Below, in pieces: positions 38,723-48,342 of a DNA stretch of 64,000 nt (its first letter is position 1; every line of letters begins with the position of its first letter). Source of the DNA: an uncultured Halanaerobium sp. (lineage in GTDB: Bacteria; Bacillota; Halanaerobiia; Halanaerobiales; Halanaerobiaceae). The notes under the pieces were generated by a model. The model was not told the origin of the DNA and did not search any database. It saw nothing but the letters and a program-made list of their open reading frames with translations. The translations under genes and the position numbers were made by a program. The stretch is taken from NCBI GenBank assembly GCA_964649895.1, contig CAZYRX010000004.1:3986-67985 (forward strand), in the 5' to 3' direction.

Positions 38723-38871
38723 AAAGTTAATATCTGATCGACCGGGATATTTCCTGTTCGAAAGGATATAATATTATATGACTTCCTGAATTTAAGGGTT
38801 TTAGCCTGAGAATCGGGGGAGGGATATTTCTATGCTTAATTTACCCCTGCCTACTTCCGGCAGGATTTTTT
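38723..38871 (+). ncRNA. Unassigned structured leader ending in an intrinsic terminator (attenuator candidate)
   Basis: GC-enriched leader; GGGATATTTC at 38744 and 38821; terminator cctgcc-tacttcc-ggcagg-attttttg about 120 nt before the first start codon. Confidence 0.5.
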
Positions 38872-38993
38872 GTTTTAATGAAATTTATATTAAAAGTTAT
38901 TTTTAAAAAAAGTTAAAGCCTCTAGATTTCGATTAAAATTAACTTAATTTTTTTTAAAGACTTTAGTAGTTATATTCACAAAGGGGTGAAAAA

Positions 38994-39254
38994 GTGAAAA
39001 AAAGAATCGGGGTAGTAGGAATCGTAGTTGAAGAAAGAGAGAGAGCTGGAGATAGAATTAATAAGATTTTAAGTAAGTATAGTGAGAACATTATAGGAAG
39101 AATGGGAATTCCCCATGCTGAACATGACCTTTCGATGATTTCTTTAATTGTTGAAGGTACTCCTGATGAAATTGGTGCAATGACAGGACAGCTGGGTAAT
39201 ATTAAGGGAGTTAATCTTAAATCTGCACTTACATCGGTTGAAATTGAAAAATAA
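38994..39254 (+). CDS. TM1266-family iron-only hydrogenase system putative regulator (ACT-like)
   Basis: RIGVVGIVVE, IIGRMGIP, GQLGNIKGV; directly before hydG. Confidence 0.85.
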   Translation: MKKRIGVVGIVVEERERAGDRINKILSKYSENIIGRMGIPHAEHDLSMISLIVEGTPDEIGAMTGQLGNIKGVNLKSALTSVEIEK

Positions 39255-39275
39255 TAAAATTTAGGAGGAAATTAA

Positions 39276-40733
39276 ATGACTAAAACTGCAGAGGTAAATT
39301 ATTATAAGGAAGAATTTGGTGAAGATTACCGCACAGAAGTATGTGACTATATTACTGACGAAAAAATAGAGGGTATTTTAGATTCAGCTAAAGAGCCAAC
39401 TGATGCTGAAGTTAAGAGAATTATAGATAAGGCTTTAGAATTAAATGGAATAACACCTGTAGAGGCTGCAACTTTACTTCAGGTTGAAGATAAAGATTTA
39501 ATTGATCAATTTCTTGAGGCAGCCAGAAAAATTAAAGAAAGAATATATGGAAAAAGACTTGTTATATTTGCTCCCCTGTATTTTGCCAATCAGTGTATAA
39601 ATAACTGCTTATACTGCGGATTTCGCAAGGACAATCATCAGATTGACCGCAAAAAATTATCTCAGTCAGAAATTGTGAAGGAAGTAGAAGCTCTTGAGAG
39701 AGAAGGTCATAAAAGATTACTTGTCCTTACAGGGGAGGCCCCTAATACTGATCTCGATTATATCATTGAGAGTATTAAAACAGCTTACAGTGTAAAGACA
39801 GAAAATGGTGGAGAAATAAGAAGAATTAATGCAGAAATTGCACCACTTACAACAGAAGACTTCAAGCTTTTAAAAGAATCTGAGATAGGAACCTATACAT
39901 GTTTTCAAGAAACATATAATAGAAAACAATATAAAAAACTGCATCCAACAGGACCAAAGAGCAATTATGAGTGGAGATTATCTGTGATGGATAGAGCCCA
40001 GGATGCAGGTATAGATGATGTTGGTATAGGAGCACTTTTTGGCTTATATGATTATAAATTCGATGTTATCGGTATGCTCCTCCATGCTGAGTATTTAGAT
40101 AAAAAATATGGAGTTGGCCCACATACAGTTTCGGTACCAAGACTTAATCCAGCCCTGGGAACACCACTGGATGAAGTACCATATCCGGTTTCAGACGAAA
40201 ATTTCCGTAAATTGGTTGCTGTATTAAGACTTGCTGTACCTTATACTGGAATGATATTGAGCACTAGAGAGAGTACAGAAATGAGAAATGAACTTTTTGA
40301 ACATGGTGTATCTCAGATCAGTGCAGGCTCCAGAACCACTCCTGGTGGTTATGATAAAAAAGAAGAAAATAAAGAAGAACTTGCTCAATTTTCGCTGCAT
40401 GATTTAAGACCAATAGATGAGATAATTACTGGAATTGCAAAAGATGGCTATATTCCAAGTTTTTGCACAGCCTGTTATAGACTTGGCAGAACAGGTAAAG
40501 ACTTTATGGATCTTGCTAAGCCGGGTAAAATACAGGAGTTCTGTAAACCGAATGCAATGTTAACTTTTAAAGAGTACCTTGAAGATTATGGTACAGATCA
40601 AAGTAGAAAATATGGAAAAAAATGTCTGGAAGATTTAAAAGAATCATTAAAAGAAGACAACCCTAAACTTGCAGCAAATATAAATGAGAAATTAGAGGCA
40701 ATTGCTGATGGAGAACATGATCTTTATCTTTAA
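39276..40733 (+). CDS. hydG: [FeFe]-hydrogenase maturase HydG
   Basis: CINNCLYC; GPHT; C-terminal CX2CX22C (CTAC...QEFC). Confidence 0.93.
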   Translation: MTKTAEVNYYKEEFGEDYRTEVCDYITDEKIEGILDSAKEPTDAEVKRIIDKALELNGITPVEAATLLQVEDKDLIDQFLEAARKIKERIYGKRLVIFAPLYFANQCINNCLYCGFRKDNHQIDRKKLSQSEIVKEVEALEREGHKRLLVLTGEAPNTDLDYIIESIKTAYSVKTENGGEIRRINAEIAPLTTEDFKLLKESEIGTYTCFQETYNRKQYKKLHPTGPKSNYEWRLSVMDRAQDAGIDDVGIGALFGLYDYKFDVIGMLLHAEYLDKKYGVGPHTVSVPRLNPALGTPLDEVPYPVSDENFRKLVAVLRLAVPYTGMILSTRESTEMRNELFEHGVSQISAGSRTTPGGYDKKEENKEELAQFSLHDLRPIDEIITGIAKDGYIPSFCTACYRLGRTGKDFMDLAKPGKIQEFCKPNAMLTFKEYLEDYGTDQSRKYGKKCLEDLKESLKEDNPKLAANINEKLEAIADGEHDLYL

Positions 40734-40784
40734 TTGATTATGTTTTTAATCTATTAACTCAAAAACACCATAAATAATTTAGAG

Positions 40785-41924
40785 GTGATTATAAAATTGA
40801 CAGAAACAGCAGATATAATTAAAGAAATGTCACAGAATATAAAACAATTAAAAGAAATAGAACAGTTAGAAGATAGAAAAGTATATGAAGAACTTATTAA
40901 AAAATTAATTGATAAGGCTTATCAATTTCAAAAATTAAGCAAAAAAGAGCTTAGTTTTCTGCTTAAACAACCTTTAAAAAATTTGGGCTATCTGCTCAGC
41001 AAAGCAGATCAGAAAAGGGATGAAATATTTTCTGATGAGGTTCATCTAAGGGCAATAATTGAGTTTTCTAATTACTGCAGACAGAATTGTTTTTACTGTG
41101 GTCTCCGCAAAGATAATCAGAATATTGAGCGCTATCAGCTTAAACAAAAAGAAATAGTTGAAACTGCAGAAAGAGCTGCAGAGATTGGCTATAAGACAGT
41201 TGTTCTTCAGTCAGGTGAAGATGAGTATCCTGCTAAAGAGATTGCTGAAATTATAGGAGAAATTAAAGATAAAACTTCTATGGCAGTTACATTAAGTCTT
41301 GGAGAAAGAGATTTTGGTGCCTATAAACTCTGGCGTGAAGCAGGAGCTGACCGCTATCTTTTAAAACACGAAACTGCTGATAGAGAATTATATGATAAGT
41401 ATCATCCAGGAATGAGTTTTGATAACCGAATAGAGAGTTTAAAATATCTTAAAAAAATTGGCTATCAAACAGGAAGTGGTGTGATTATTGGTCTTCCGGG
41501 TCAGACTGAAGAAACATTAGCTGAGGATATATTGCTTCTTAAAGAATTGGATATTGATATGATGGGAGCTGGTCCATTTATTCCTCATCAGCAAACACCT
41601 CTAAAAGGTAAAGAAAGAGGAACAGTTGAGATGACTTTAAAATTCAATGCACTCTGCAGATTGCTGCTGCCTCTTGTTCATATTCCAGCAACTACAGCAC
41701 TTGGAACTATTGATGTGGAGGGAAGACAAAAAGCACTTAAAGCAGGGGCAAATGTTGTTATGCCAAATGTCACAGACAGCAGTTACCGTGAAAAATACCA
41801 GATTTATCCAGATAAAATATGTATAAATGAAGAAGCAGGAGACTGCAGACAGTGTATAGGCAGTATCATCAATTCACTTGGAAGATATGTAAGTCAGAAT
41901 GCAGGTCACAGTTTAAAAAGATAA
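40785..41924 (+). CDS. hydE: [FeFe]-hydrogenase maturase HydE
   Basis: CRQNCFYC, VLQSGED, LSLGE, RYLLKHET, PATTAL, GANVVMPN, YQIY. Confidence 0.9.
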   Translation: MIIKLTETADIIKEMSQNIKQLKEIEQLEDRKVYEELIKKLIDKAYQFQKLSKKELSFLLKQPLKNLGYLLSKADQKRDEIFSDEVHLRAIIEFSNYCRQNCFYCGLRKDNQNIERYQLKQKEIVETAERAAEIGYKTVVLQSGEDEYPAKEIAEIIGEIKDKTSMAVTLSLGERDFGAYKLWREAGADRYLLKHETADRELYDKYHPGMSFDNRIESLKYLKKIGYQTGSGVIIGLPGQTEETLAEDILLLKELDIDMMGAGPFIPHQQTPLKGKERGTVEMTLKFNALCRLLLPLVHIPATTALGTIDVEGRQKALKAGANVVMPNVTDSSYREKYQIYPDKICINEEAGDCRQCIGSIINSLGRYVSQNAGHSLKR

Positions 41925-41939
41925 AATATGGGAATTATA

Positions 41940-41965
41940 AAAGGGCATCCAGCTGGATGCCCTTT
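41940..41965. terminator. Bidirectional terminator (perfect 26-bp palindrome)
   Basis: aaagggcatccagctggatgcccttt between convergent hydE and sulP. Confidence 0.8.
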
Positions 41966-42040
41966 AAATAATTATAAGATTTTCAAATAGATTTGGAAAA
42001 GAAATTTTTAAATAATTTCAAATGACTATAACTTATTATT

Positions 42041-43756
42041 TTAATTATCTTCCTCTTTTTCGTTTATATGATTATCAGCAACAATGTTTTCATCACAGGT
42101 CAGCTCAAGAGCTTTATTTGTTGCTGCAAAATATTCGCTTTCAGGTCGATAAATATTTTCAGAACCAACTTTTTCTTCAAGACCAATCTTTTTTAGCATA
42201 TCTATAATTTTTTGATTAACTCCTGTTAAAATAATTTCGGATCCATTATTTTTTACTCTATCAATAAATTCTTCTAATACTCTTATAATAGTGATATCAA
42301 TTCGACAAACATTACGAAGCCTGATAATATAATCGACATCTTTTTCATAAAACTGTTCTAGTTTATCTTTAAGATCATCAGCTGCACTAAAGTGAACAGC
42401 TCCCTTGAGATCAATTACTCTGGCCTGCTTAGCTTCTATTGCTGATTCATCATGATCTTCATGATGGACATGATGAAGATGATATCCTACATCTCCTTCT
42501 TTCTTATCATAATACAGCATATCAATATCTGCTTTTTTAGAGATTTCTAAAACAACAACAAGTGAAACTAAAACTCCAAAGTATATTGCTTGATCAATAT
42601 TTGGTAGTACAATAGTTGCGGCAAAGGTTGACCAGAAAATAAGGGCATCTCCTTTTGTTGTTTTCATATTATTGGCTATCTCTTTGAGATCTACTATTCC
42701 AATTGCTGCAGAGATTACAAGTCCTGCAAGAACCGGGATAGGTATATATGCAATTAAAGGTCTTAAAAACACTATAAAAATGATAATAGAAAGCGCACAG
42801 AAAATTTGTGAAATTTTAGATTTTCCTCCAGCACTTATATTTGCAAAAGTATTGGAAAATGAAGCTGAAATCGCAAAACCACTGAAAAATGAAATAACCA
42901 TATTAGTTATGCCCTGGCTTCTAAATTCTCTCCTAAAATTTGATTCTTCGTTTGTTCTCAATTCAACTGCCTGTAAAACTGCCATTGTCTGGATCAACCC
43001 AAGCAGTGCAATGGAAAATGCCTTTGTATAAACCTGAGCAATTATCTGCCAGTCAAAGTTGAGTATATTAAAATCTATGATCCGGTTTGGTATCTCCCCG
43101 ACAAGGGGGATATAATTATTTAAGCCAGTTATTGCTGTTAAAATTGACATGATTAATATTGTTAAAATATATTCAGGGAGTTCTTTTTTGAGCTTTGGGA
43201 GGAGATAAATTAAAATAATTGTCATGATTCCTATTATTAAATAAGAATAGTTTAGTTCATTAAAATTTAAAATAAACTGCCAACTTTTTGTAAGAACATT
43301 AGAACCTGTAACACTTACTCCAGTAAAGTTTTCTATCTGACTAAATAAAATCAACACTGCAGCACCATGAGAAAGTGCAACTACAACTGGGTGAGATACA
43401 TATTTTACAAGTTCACTTAAATTTAAACTAACAAGCAGAAATTGAAATAAACCTATCAAAAATGTTGTTAATAAAATAATTTGAAGATAGTTTTGTTCTT
43501 GAAAAGGGCTTAAACTGCTGTATAAAGCAACTGCCATCATATTTGTTGGACCTACAATTATATAATTTGATAAATTAAATATAGATGCAGTCAGCATAGA
43601 AAATATAGATGCATAAACACCATAAATAGGATTTATTCCTAAAATCAAGGCATAAGCCATGTTCTGGGGAAGGGCGATTGTTGCAGTAGTTATACCACTA
43701 ATAATATTAGGCAGCATGTTTTCAATTTTAGTGTTTAAATTTCTCAAATATATCAC
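42041..43756 (-). CDS. SulP/SLC26 anion transporter with STAS domain
   Basis: LPQNMAYA, GPT, multiple TMs, C-terminal STAS; start may be TTG at 43747. Confidence 0.9.
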   Translation of the reverse strand: MIYLRNLNTKIENMLPNIISGITTATIALPQNMAYALILGINPIYGVYASIFSMLTASIFNLSNYIIVGPTNMMAVALYSSLSPFQEQNYLQIILLTTFLIGLFQFLLVSLNLSELVKYVSHPVVVALSHGAAVLILFSQIENFTGVSVTGSNVLTKSWQFILNFNELNYSYLIIGIMTIILIYLLPKLKKELPEYILTILIMSILTAITGLNNYIPLVGEIPNRIIDFNILNFDWQIIAQVYTKAFSIALLGLIQTMAVLQAVELRTNEESNFRREFRSQGITNMVISFFSGFAISASFSNTFANISAGGKSKISQIFCALSIIIFIVFLRPLIAYIPIPVLAGLVISAAIGIVDLKEIANNMKTTKGDALIFWSTFAATIVLPNIDQAIYFGVLVSLVVVLEISKKADIDMLYYDKKEGDVGYHLHHVHHEDHDESAIEAKQARVIDLKGAVHFSAADDLKDKLEQFYEKDVDYIIRLRNVCRIDITIIRVLEEFIDRVKNNGSEIILTGVNQKIIDMLKKIGLEEKVGSENIYRPESEYFAATNKALELTCDENIVADNHINEKEEDN

Positions 43757-43953
43757 CCCGAATCTTAAGTTGGAAAATTCTTTGCTTATAGTTTAACAGT
43801 TAAGCTGTAGATATTCAATATTAATTATAGAAATAATTATATTTTTTTGTTAAAATGTATAATAGCTTAGAATCAACTTAAATTAGAGATTTTTAATTAA
43901 ATTGGAAGTCTGCTCACAAAGCTGGTGGACTTTTCCCGAGGAGGGTCAAACTG

Positions 43954-45885
43954 TTGAAATTATCTAATAATAAGATCATTTTAATATTATTAATAACATT
44001 AACTTTGCTTTCAATTATTAGCATAAATATTTATGCACAGGATATAAATATAGAAAATACAGAAGAGATGACTCAAAAAGAACAAGGTTTGGACAAAAGT
44101 GTTATTTTCATACTTTCTTTAATACTACTATTAATAATATTATTTGTGTGGGAACCTATGCCGATAAGTTTGTTGGCTGTTTTAGTACCAATTACCCTCT
44201 CTATATTCAGTGGCTTGAGTAATATGTCAGTAGAAGAAGCTCTTTCTGGTTTTGGTAACTCAGCAACCATTACAGTTATGGCCATGTTTGTTTTTAGTGC
44301 AGGTATTCAAAGGAGTGGTGCTGTTCAGCTGCTTGGTGATAAGATTTCAAAATTAACAGGTAATAATCCAAGAAGACAGATTGCTTTAATTTCTGCATTA
44401 ACAGGTTCAACTTCTGGTTTTGTCAATAATACACCAGTTGTTGCAGCATTGATTCCAATGGTTAGAGAACTGGGTCGAAAAACCAATGTTTCACCTTCAA
44501 AACTTTTGATTCCATTATCTTATACAGCAATGTTAGGTGGTACAGTCACTCTGATTGGAACCTCCACAAATTTACTGGCAAGTCAGGTTTCTGAGCGTTT
44601 AATTAATCATCCATTTAGCCTTTTTGAATTTACAGGGCTTGGAGTAATAGTATTATTAATAGGAACTGCATATATCCTTACACTTGGATATAAGTTGATT
44701 CCTGCCAGAATTGAAATAGAAGATGATTTAACAGATGAATATGAAATGAGAGATTATCTTACTGAAGTTCTGGTTGAAGAGAACTGTGATTTTGTTGGTA
44801 AAAGTGTAAATGATATAGAAGGAGATAAGGATTTAGATTATGATATTATTCGTATAATTCGAGATGGAAAACAGTTTATGGAACCTCTTAATGCAAAAAC
44901 TATTAGAGCAGGAGACCATTTAATTATAAGGGCTAAACATGAGACAATGCTTGAACTTGTTAAAAATAAAGGTATGAGGACACTTCCAGAGTTAATTGTA
45001 GATGATAAATCAATAGAGCAGCCTTTAAAAGGAGAGCTGCTTGTGGAGGTCGTTGTACCTGCAAACTCAATGATGGTTAATAAAACTTTAGAAGAAATGA
45101 ACTTTTTAGAAAGATATGATTGTAATATACTTGCATTAAGGCGTGGTGAAGAAATTACCCACCAAAAAATGACGGATTATCGATTTAAGCCAGGAGATTT
45201 ACTGTTAATGCTTGTAACTGAAAACACCTTAGAAAGATTTCGTAAAAACAGCAACTTTATCATAGATAGAGAATTTGATTCAAAGATTTTTGATATGAAG
45301 AAAATATTGATTTCTGCTTCTATTCTCGGTTTCTTTATAGCTTCGGTTGCTTTTAATATTTTACCTGTTGCAATAGCAGCTCTTATGGGTGCTTTTCTTA
45401 TGGTTTTTTCAGGTTGTATAAATAAAAGCGACTTTTTTAAGTCAATTGATTGGGAAGTATATTTTCTTTTGGCTGGACTGATACCAATGGGAATTGCAAT
45501 AGAGAAATCAGGGACTGCAGTTTTTCTGGCAGATAATATAATTAATATTTCGAGCAGTATGCAGCCAATTTATATATTGATGCTGATCTATTTTATAACT
45601 TCATTCCTTACAACTATTATTAGCAATAATGCCAGTGTATTAATCATGCTTCCAATTGCGGTAAGCACTGCAGCCCAACTTGGTGTTAATCCTTTTAGTT
45701 TTGTAATTACAACAACTTTTGCAGCGAGTTCTGCTTTTGCAAGTCCGGTCGGTTATCAGACTAACCTGATGGTTTACAGTTCTGGTGGATTTAAATTCAG
45801 AGATTTTATAGTTGTTGGAGCACCATTACAGTTATTGCTGACAGTTTCGGTTCCGATTCTTGTACGATTATTCTGGGGTTTTTAA
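43954..45885 (+). CDS. SLC13/DASS permease with two TrkA-C domains
   Basis: FVNNTPVV, SKLLIPLSY, TLIGTSTNL, ISNNA, PVGYQTNLMV. Confidence 0.9.
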   Translation: MKLSNNKIILILLITLTLLSIISINIYAQDINIENTEEMTQKEQGLDKSVIFILSLILLLIILFVWEPMPISLLAVLVPITLSIFSGLSNMSVEEALSGFGNSATITVMAMFVFSAGIQRSGAVQLLGDKISKLTGNNPRRQIALISALTGSTSGFVNNTPVVAALIPMVRELGRKTNVSPSKLLIPLSYTAMLGGTVTLIGTSTNLLASQVSERLINHPFSLFEFTGLGVIVLLIGTAYILTLGYKLIPARIEIEDDLTDEYEMRDYLTEVLVEENCDFVGKSVNDIEGDKDLDYDIIRIIRDGKQFMEPLNAKTIRAGDHLIIRAKHETMLELVKNKGMRTLPELIVDDKSIEQPLKGELLVEVVVPANSMMVNKTLEEMNFLERYDCNILALRRGEEITHQKMTDYRFKPGDLLLMLVTENTLERFRKNSNFIIDREFDSKIFDMKKILISASILGFFIASVAFNILPVAIAALMGAFLMVFSGCINKSDFFKSIDWEVYFLLAGLIPMGIAIEKSGTAVFLADNIINISSSMQPIYILMLIYFITSFLTTIISNNASVLIMLPIAVSTAAQLGVNPFSFVITTTFAASSAFASPVGYQTNLMVYSSGGFKFRDFIVVGAPLQLLLTVSVPILVRLFWGF

Positions 45886-45951
45886 TTGTTTTAATAAATC
45901 AATTATTTAAAAACTTATTTAAAATAATTATCAATAAATAATTATTTCTAT

Positions 45952-45994
45952 GAGCTGAAGTGGCTAAGTATAAATTAATTGCTTCAGCTCTTTT
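45952..45994 (+). terminator. Terminator after SLC13 gene
   Basis: gagctgaag...cttcagctc-tttt. Confidence 0.65.
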
Positions 45995-46108
45995 ATATTT
46001 AAATTAATATTATTGATTAATTTATTAAAATAATTAATTTTTTTAAAAAAGTATTTACAAATATTAATTTTTAGTTTATAATATTAAATATAGAAAGGGG
46101 TGAGATAA

Positions 46109-46483
46109 ATGAATTATCCAATTCCAGATAAATGTCCTACCTGTGATGGAAAATTGAACGTAATTGAATTGAAATGCAGCAGCTGTAATACAAGAATTAT
46201 TGGTAATTTTTATCTTGATGAAATTTTCCAATTAAATAATGAGCAGCAGCAGTTTTTAAAGATTTTTATTAAAACTCGGGGTAATATTAAAAATATGGAA
46301 AAAGAGCTTGATATGTCATATCCAACAGTTAGAAACAAATTAAGTGATTTAATAAAGACTCTTGGCTATGAAGAAGACTTTATTGAGGAAGAAAAGCAGG
46401 AGAATAGGAGAGAAATTTTGAATATGTTGGAAGCTGGAGAGCTGGCACCAGATGAGGCAGCGAAAAAGCTAGAAGAGATTTAA
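46109..46483 (+). CDS. DUF2089-family Zn-ribbon/HTH protein
   Basis: CPTC...CSSC, RGNIKNMEKELDMSYPTVRNKL, C-terminal SHOCT-like helix. Confidence 0.85.
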   Translation: MNYPIPDKCPTCDGKLNVIELKCSSCNTRIIGNFYLDEIFQLNNEQQQFLKIFIKTRGNIKNMEKELDMSYPTVRNKLSDLIKTLGYEEDFIEEEKQENRREILNMLEAGELAPDEAAKKLEEI

Positions 46484-46577
46484 TGTGGGTTTTAAATTGA
46501 AATAATGATTTTGTGTAATTTAGTCTTTGTTTTATCTAAAAATATAAGGCAGTAAAATTAAAAGGGGTTGAAAAGTA

Positions 46578-46970
46578 ATGAAAGAAGAAAAAATGAGAAT
46601 TTTAGAAATGCTGCAGGATGGAAAACTCAATGTTGAAGAAGCGGAAAATCTACTTTCTGCTCTGGGTGAGGATGATTCAGTAAATTTTAATACTGATCAA
46701 AGAAAAACAAGAGAAGATGATTCCAAAGCTAAGAAAAGACATTTAAGGATTATTGTTAATGAAGATGGAAAAGAGAAGGTGAATCTTGCTCTGCCGCTTG
46801 GAATAGCAAAAAGTCTTTTGAATTTTATCCCTCAGTCGGCAAAGGCAAAAATTTCTGAAAATGATATTAATTTAGATGCTCTGAGTCAGACACTTGATAA
46901 TCTTTCAGAGGAAAAAGAAATTTTGAGAGTTGAAGATGATAATGAAACTGTTGTTATTCGGGTTGAGTAG
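46578..46970 (+). CDS. SHOCT-like (YvlB N-terminal type) protein, DUF2089 partner
   Basis: MKEEKMRILEMLQDGKLNVEEAENLLSAL; KVNLALP. Confidence 0.75.
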   Translation: MKEEKMRILEMLQDGKLNVEEAENLLSALGEDDSVNFNTDQRKTREDDSKAKKRHLRIIVNEDGKEKVNLALPLGIAKSLLNFIPQSAKAKISENDINLDALSQTLDNLSEEKEILRVEDDNETVVIRVE

Positions 46971-47104
46971 TTAACCCTGACATGAAAAATATTATTAGGG
47001 TTTATAGAATTTTTTGAAACTAAGATAATAACTTCGGTAAGATAAACTTTTGAGATTTTTTTAAAGTTTTCAAAAAATATAAAAAGAGAAGATTTTTATT
47101 TTAC

Positions 47105-47133
47105 TTGAATAATAGTAATTTCTGTAGTATAAT
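47105..47133 (+). promoter_or_regulatory. sigma-A promoter of the thi region
   Basis: TTGAAT-17-TATAAT. Confidence 0.7.
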
Positions 47134-47177
47134 ATGGCTACAAAGAAAATTTTATGTAATTAAGATTTTAAAATTTC

Positions 47178-47262
47178 AAATAGGGGAGCCGAACTGGAGG
47201 CTGAGAGGATGAGCAATCATCGACCCATTACCTGATCCTGATAATGCAGGCGTAGGAAAATA
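47178..47262 (+). ncRNA. TPP riboswitch 1
   Basis: AGGGGAGCC...GGCTGAGAGG...GACCC..ACCTGATCCTGATAATGCAGGCGTAGGAA. Confidence 0.92.
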
Positions 47263-47280
47263 TAAAAATTTGTATTTAAG

Positions 47281-47317
47281 CCCTCCGGTTCTGGACAACA
47301 GAAAGGAGGGTTTTTTG
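47281..47317 (+). terminator. Expression platform of TPP riboswitch 1 (terminator that also sequesters the RBS)
   Basis: ccctcc...ggaggg-tttttt; AGGAGG lies in the 3' arm, ATG at 47320. Confidence 0.8.
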
Positions 47318-47319
47318 TT

Positions 47320-47533
47320 ATGCAAAATAAATTTTCAACAAGAATGTTAGCAGAAATTGGAGGAGCTTTAGCTTTAGCAGTTATTTGAATTTTCTTAAAC
47401 TCTGGAGGATGCCTCAGGGTGGTTCGGTTAGTTTAGAAATGCTGCCCATATTTGTAATTGCTTTTCGCTGATAATTCATATCTTATCAGGAGTTATCTTT
47501 TTTGGAAGTTATGCACCTGAAAGACAGACATAG
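47320..47533 (+). pseudogene. thiT: thiT (ECF thiamine S-component) remnant: frameshifted and internally deleted
   Basis: MQNKFSTRMLAEIGGALALAVI*, then shifted frame LNFLKLWRMPQGGSVSLEMLPIFVIAFR*, then IHILSGVIFFGSYAPERQT*; PQGGS and H..SGVIFF..YAP are ThiT hallmarks. Confidence 0.8.
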
Positions 47534-47557
47534 ATTTTTTGATAAAATTTAATAATA

Positions 47558-47643
47558 ACACAGGGGAGCCCCTATGGCTGAGAAAAGCAGAAGCTTTGAC
47601 CCTTTTAACCTGATCTGGATAATACCAGCGGAGGAAAGTGTGT
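47558..47643 (+). ncRNA. TPP riboswitch 2
   Basis: CAGGGGAGCC..GGCTGAGA...GACCC..AACCTGATCTGGATAATACCAGCGGAGGAA. Confidence 0.93.
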
Positions 47644-47656
47644 ATATTTTATGAAG

Positions 47657-47687
47657 AACACAGTTCCTATTCAGGGCTGTGTTTTTG
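47657..47687 (+). terminator. Terminator of TPP riboswitch 2
   Basis: aacacagttcct-attc-agggctgtgttttt. Confidence 0.8.
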
Positions 47688-47749
47688 TGGTTTAAAGCTA
47701 AATTTTATCAGATTATTATCTATATTTATAGTTAATATGAAAGGAGAAA

Positions 47750-48250
47750 ATGATGAAAAATAAAAAATTGACTTTGTCTGCACTTTTGATTGCACTCGGT
47801 ACATTGACAGGTCATTTAGTTTATATTCCGGTTGGTGTTGCAAAAGCTTTTCCGGTACAGCATTTAATTAATGTTCTGTCTGCAGTACTTTTAGGTCCAG
47901 CCTATGCTGTTTTAAATGCATTTGTGATTTCACTTTTAAGAAATATGTTGGGGGTTGGTTCTCTGCTTGCATTTCCAGGAAGTATGATCGGTGCCCTATT
48001 GGCCGGACTTTTTTATAAAAAGTTTAAACACAAGCTCTGGGCGATAGCTGGTGAACTATTTGGAACAGGAATTTTAGGTGCAGCTGCAGCCTATCCAATA
48101 GCTAGATTTTTAATGGGAAGTTCTACAGCAGTTTTTTTCTTTGTAATTCCTTTTACTTTAAGTGCAGCAGGTGGTGTAGTTATAGCCTATCTATTTTTAA
48201 GAGCAGTTGAAAATGCTGATAGCCTAACTTTTATTGATGAATTGAACTAA
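47750..48250 (+). CDS. thiW: ECF thiazole S-component ThiW
   Basis: FPVQHLINVLSAVLLGP, AFPGSMIGA, GELFGTG. Confidence 0.92.
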   Translation: MMKNKKLTLSALLIALGTLTGHLVYIPVGVAKAFPVQHLINVLSAVLLGPAYAVLNAFVISLLRNMLGVGSLLAFPGSMIGALLAGLFYKKFKHKLWAIAGELFGTGILGAAAAYPIARFLMGSSTAVFFFVIPFTLSAAGGVVIAYLFLRAVENADSLTFIDELN

Positions 48251-48342
48251 GTGTATATATAGTTAAGTACAAATAATTAATGTTTAAACAATTTGCTTTA
48301 TATATTAATTAAATAAAAATAAGAGTGAAAGGAGCTGAAAAA

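Noticed and set aside
39276-41924. thiH and bioB annotation
   Set aside because: The CX2CX22C tail, YQIY motif and TM1266 neighbour indicate HydG and HydE; hydF/hydA being elsewhere is common
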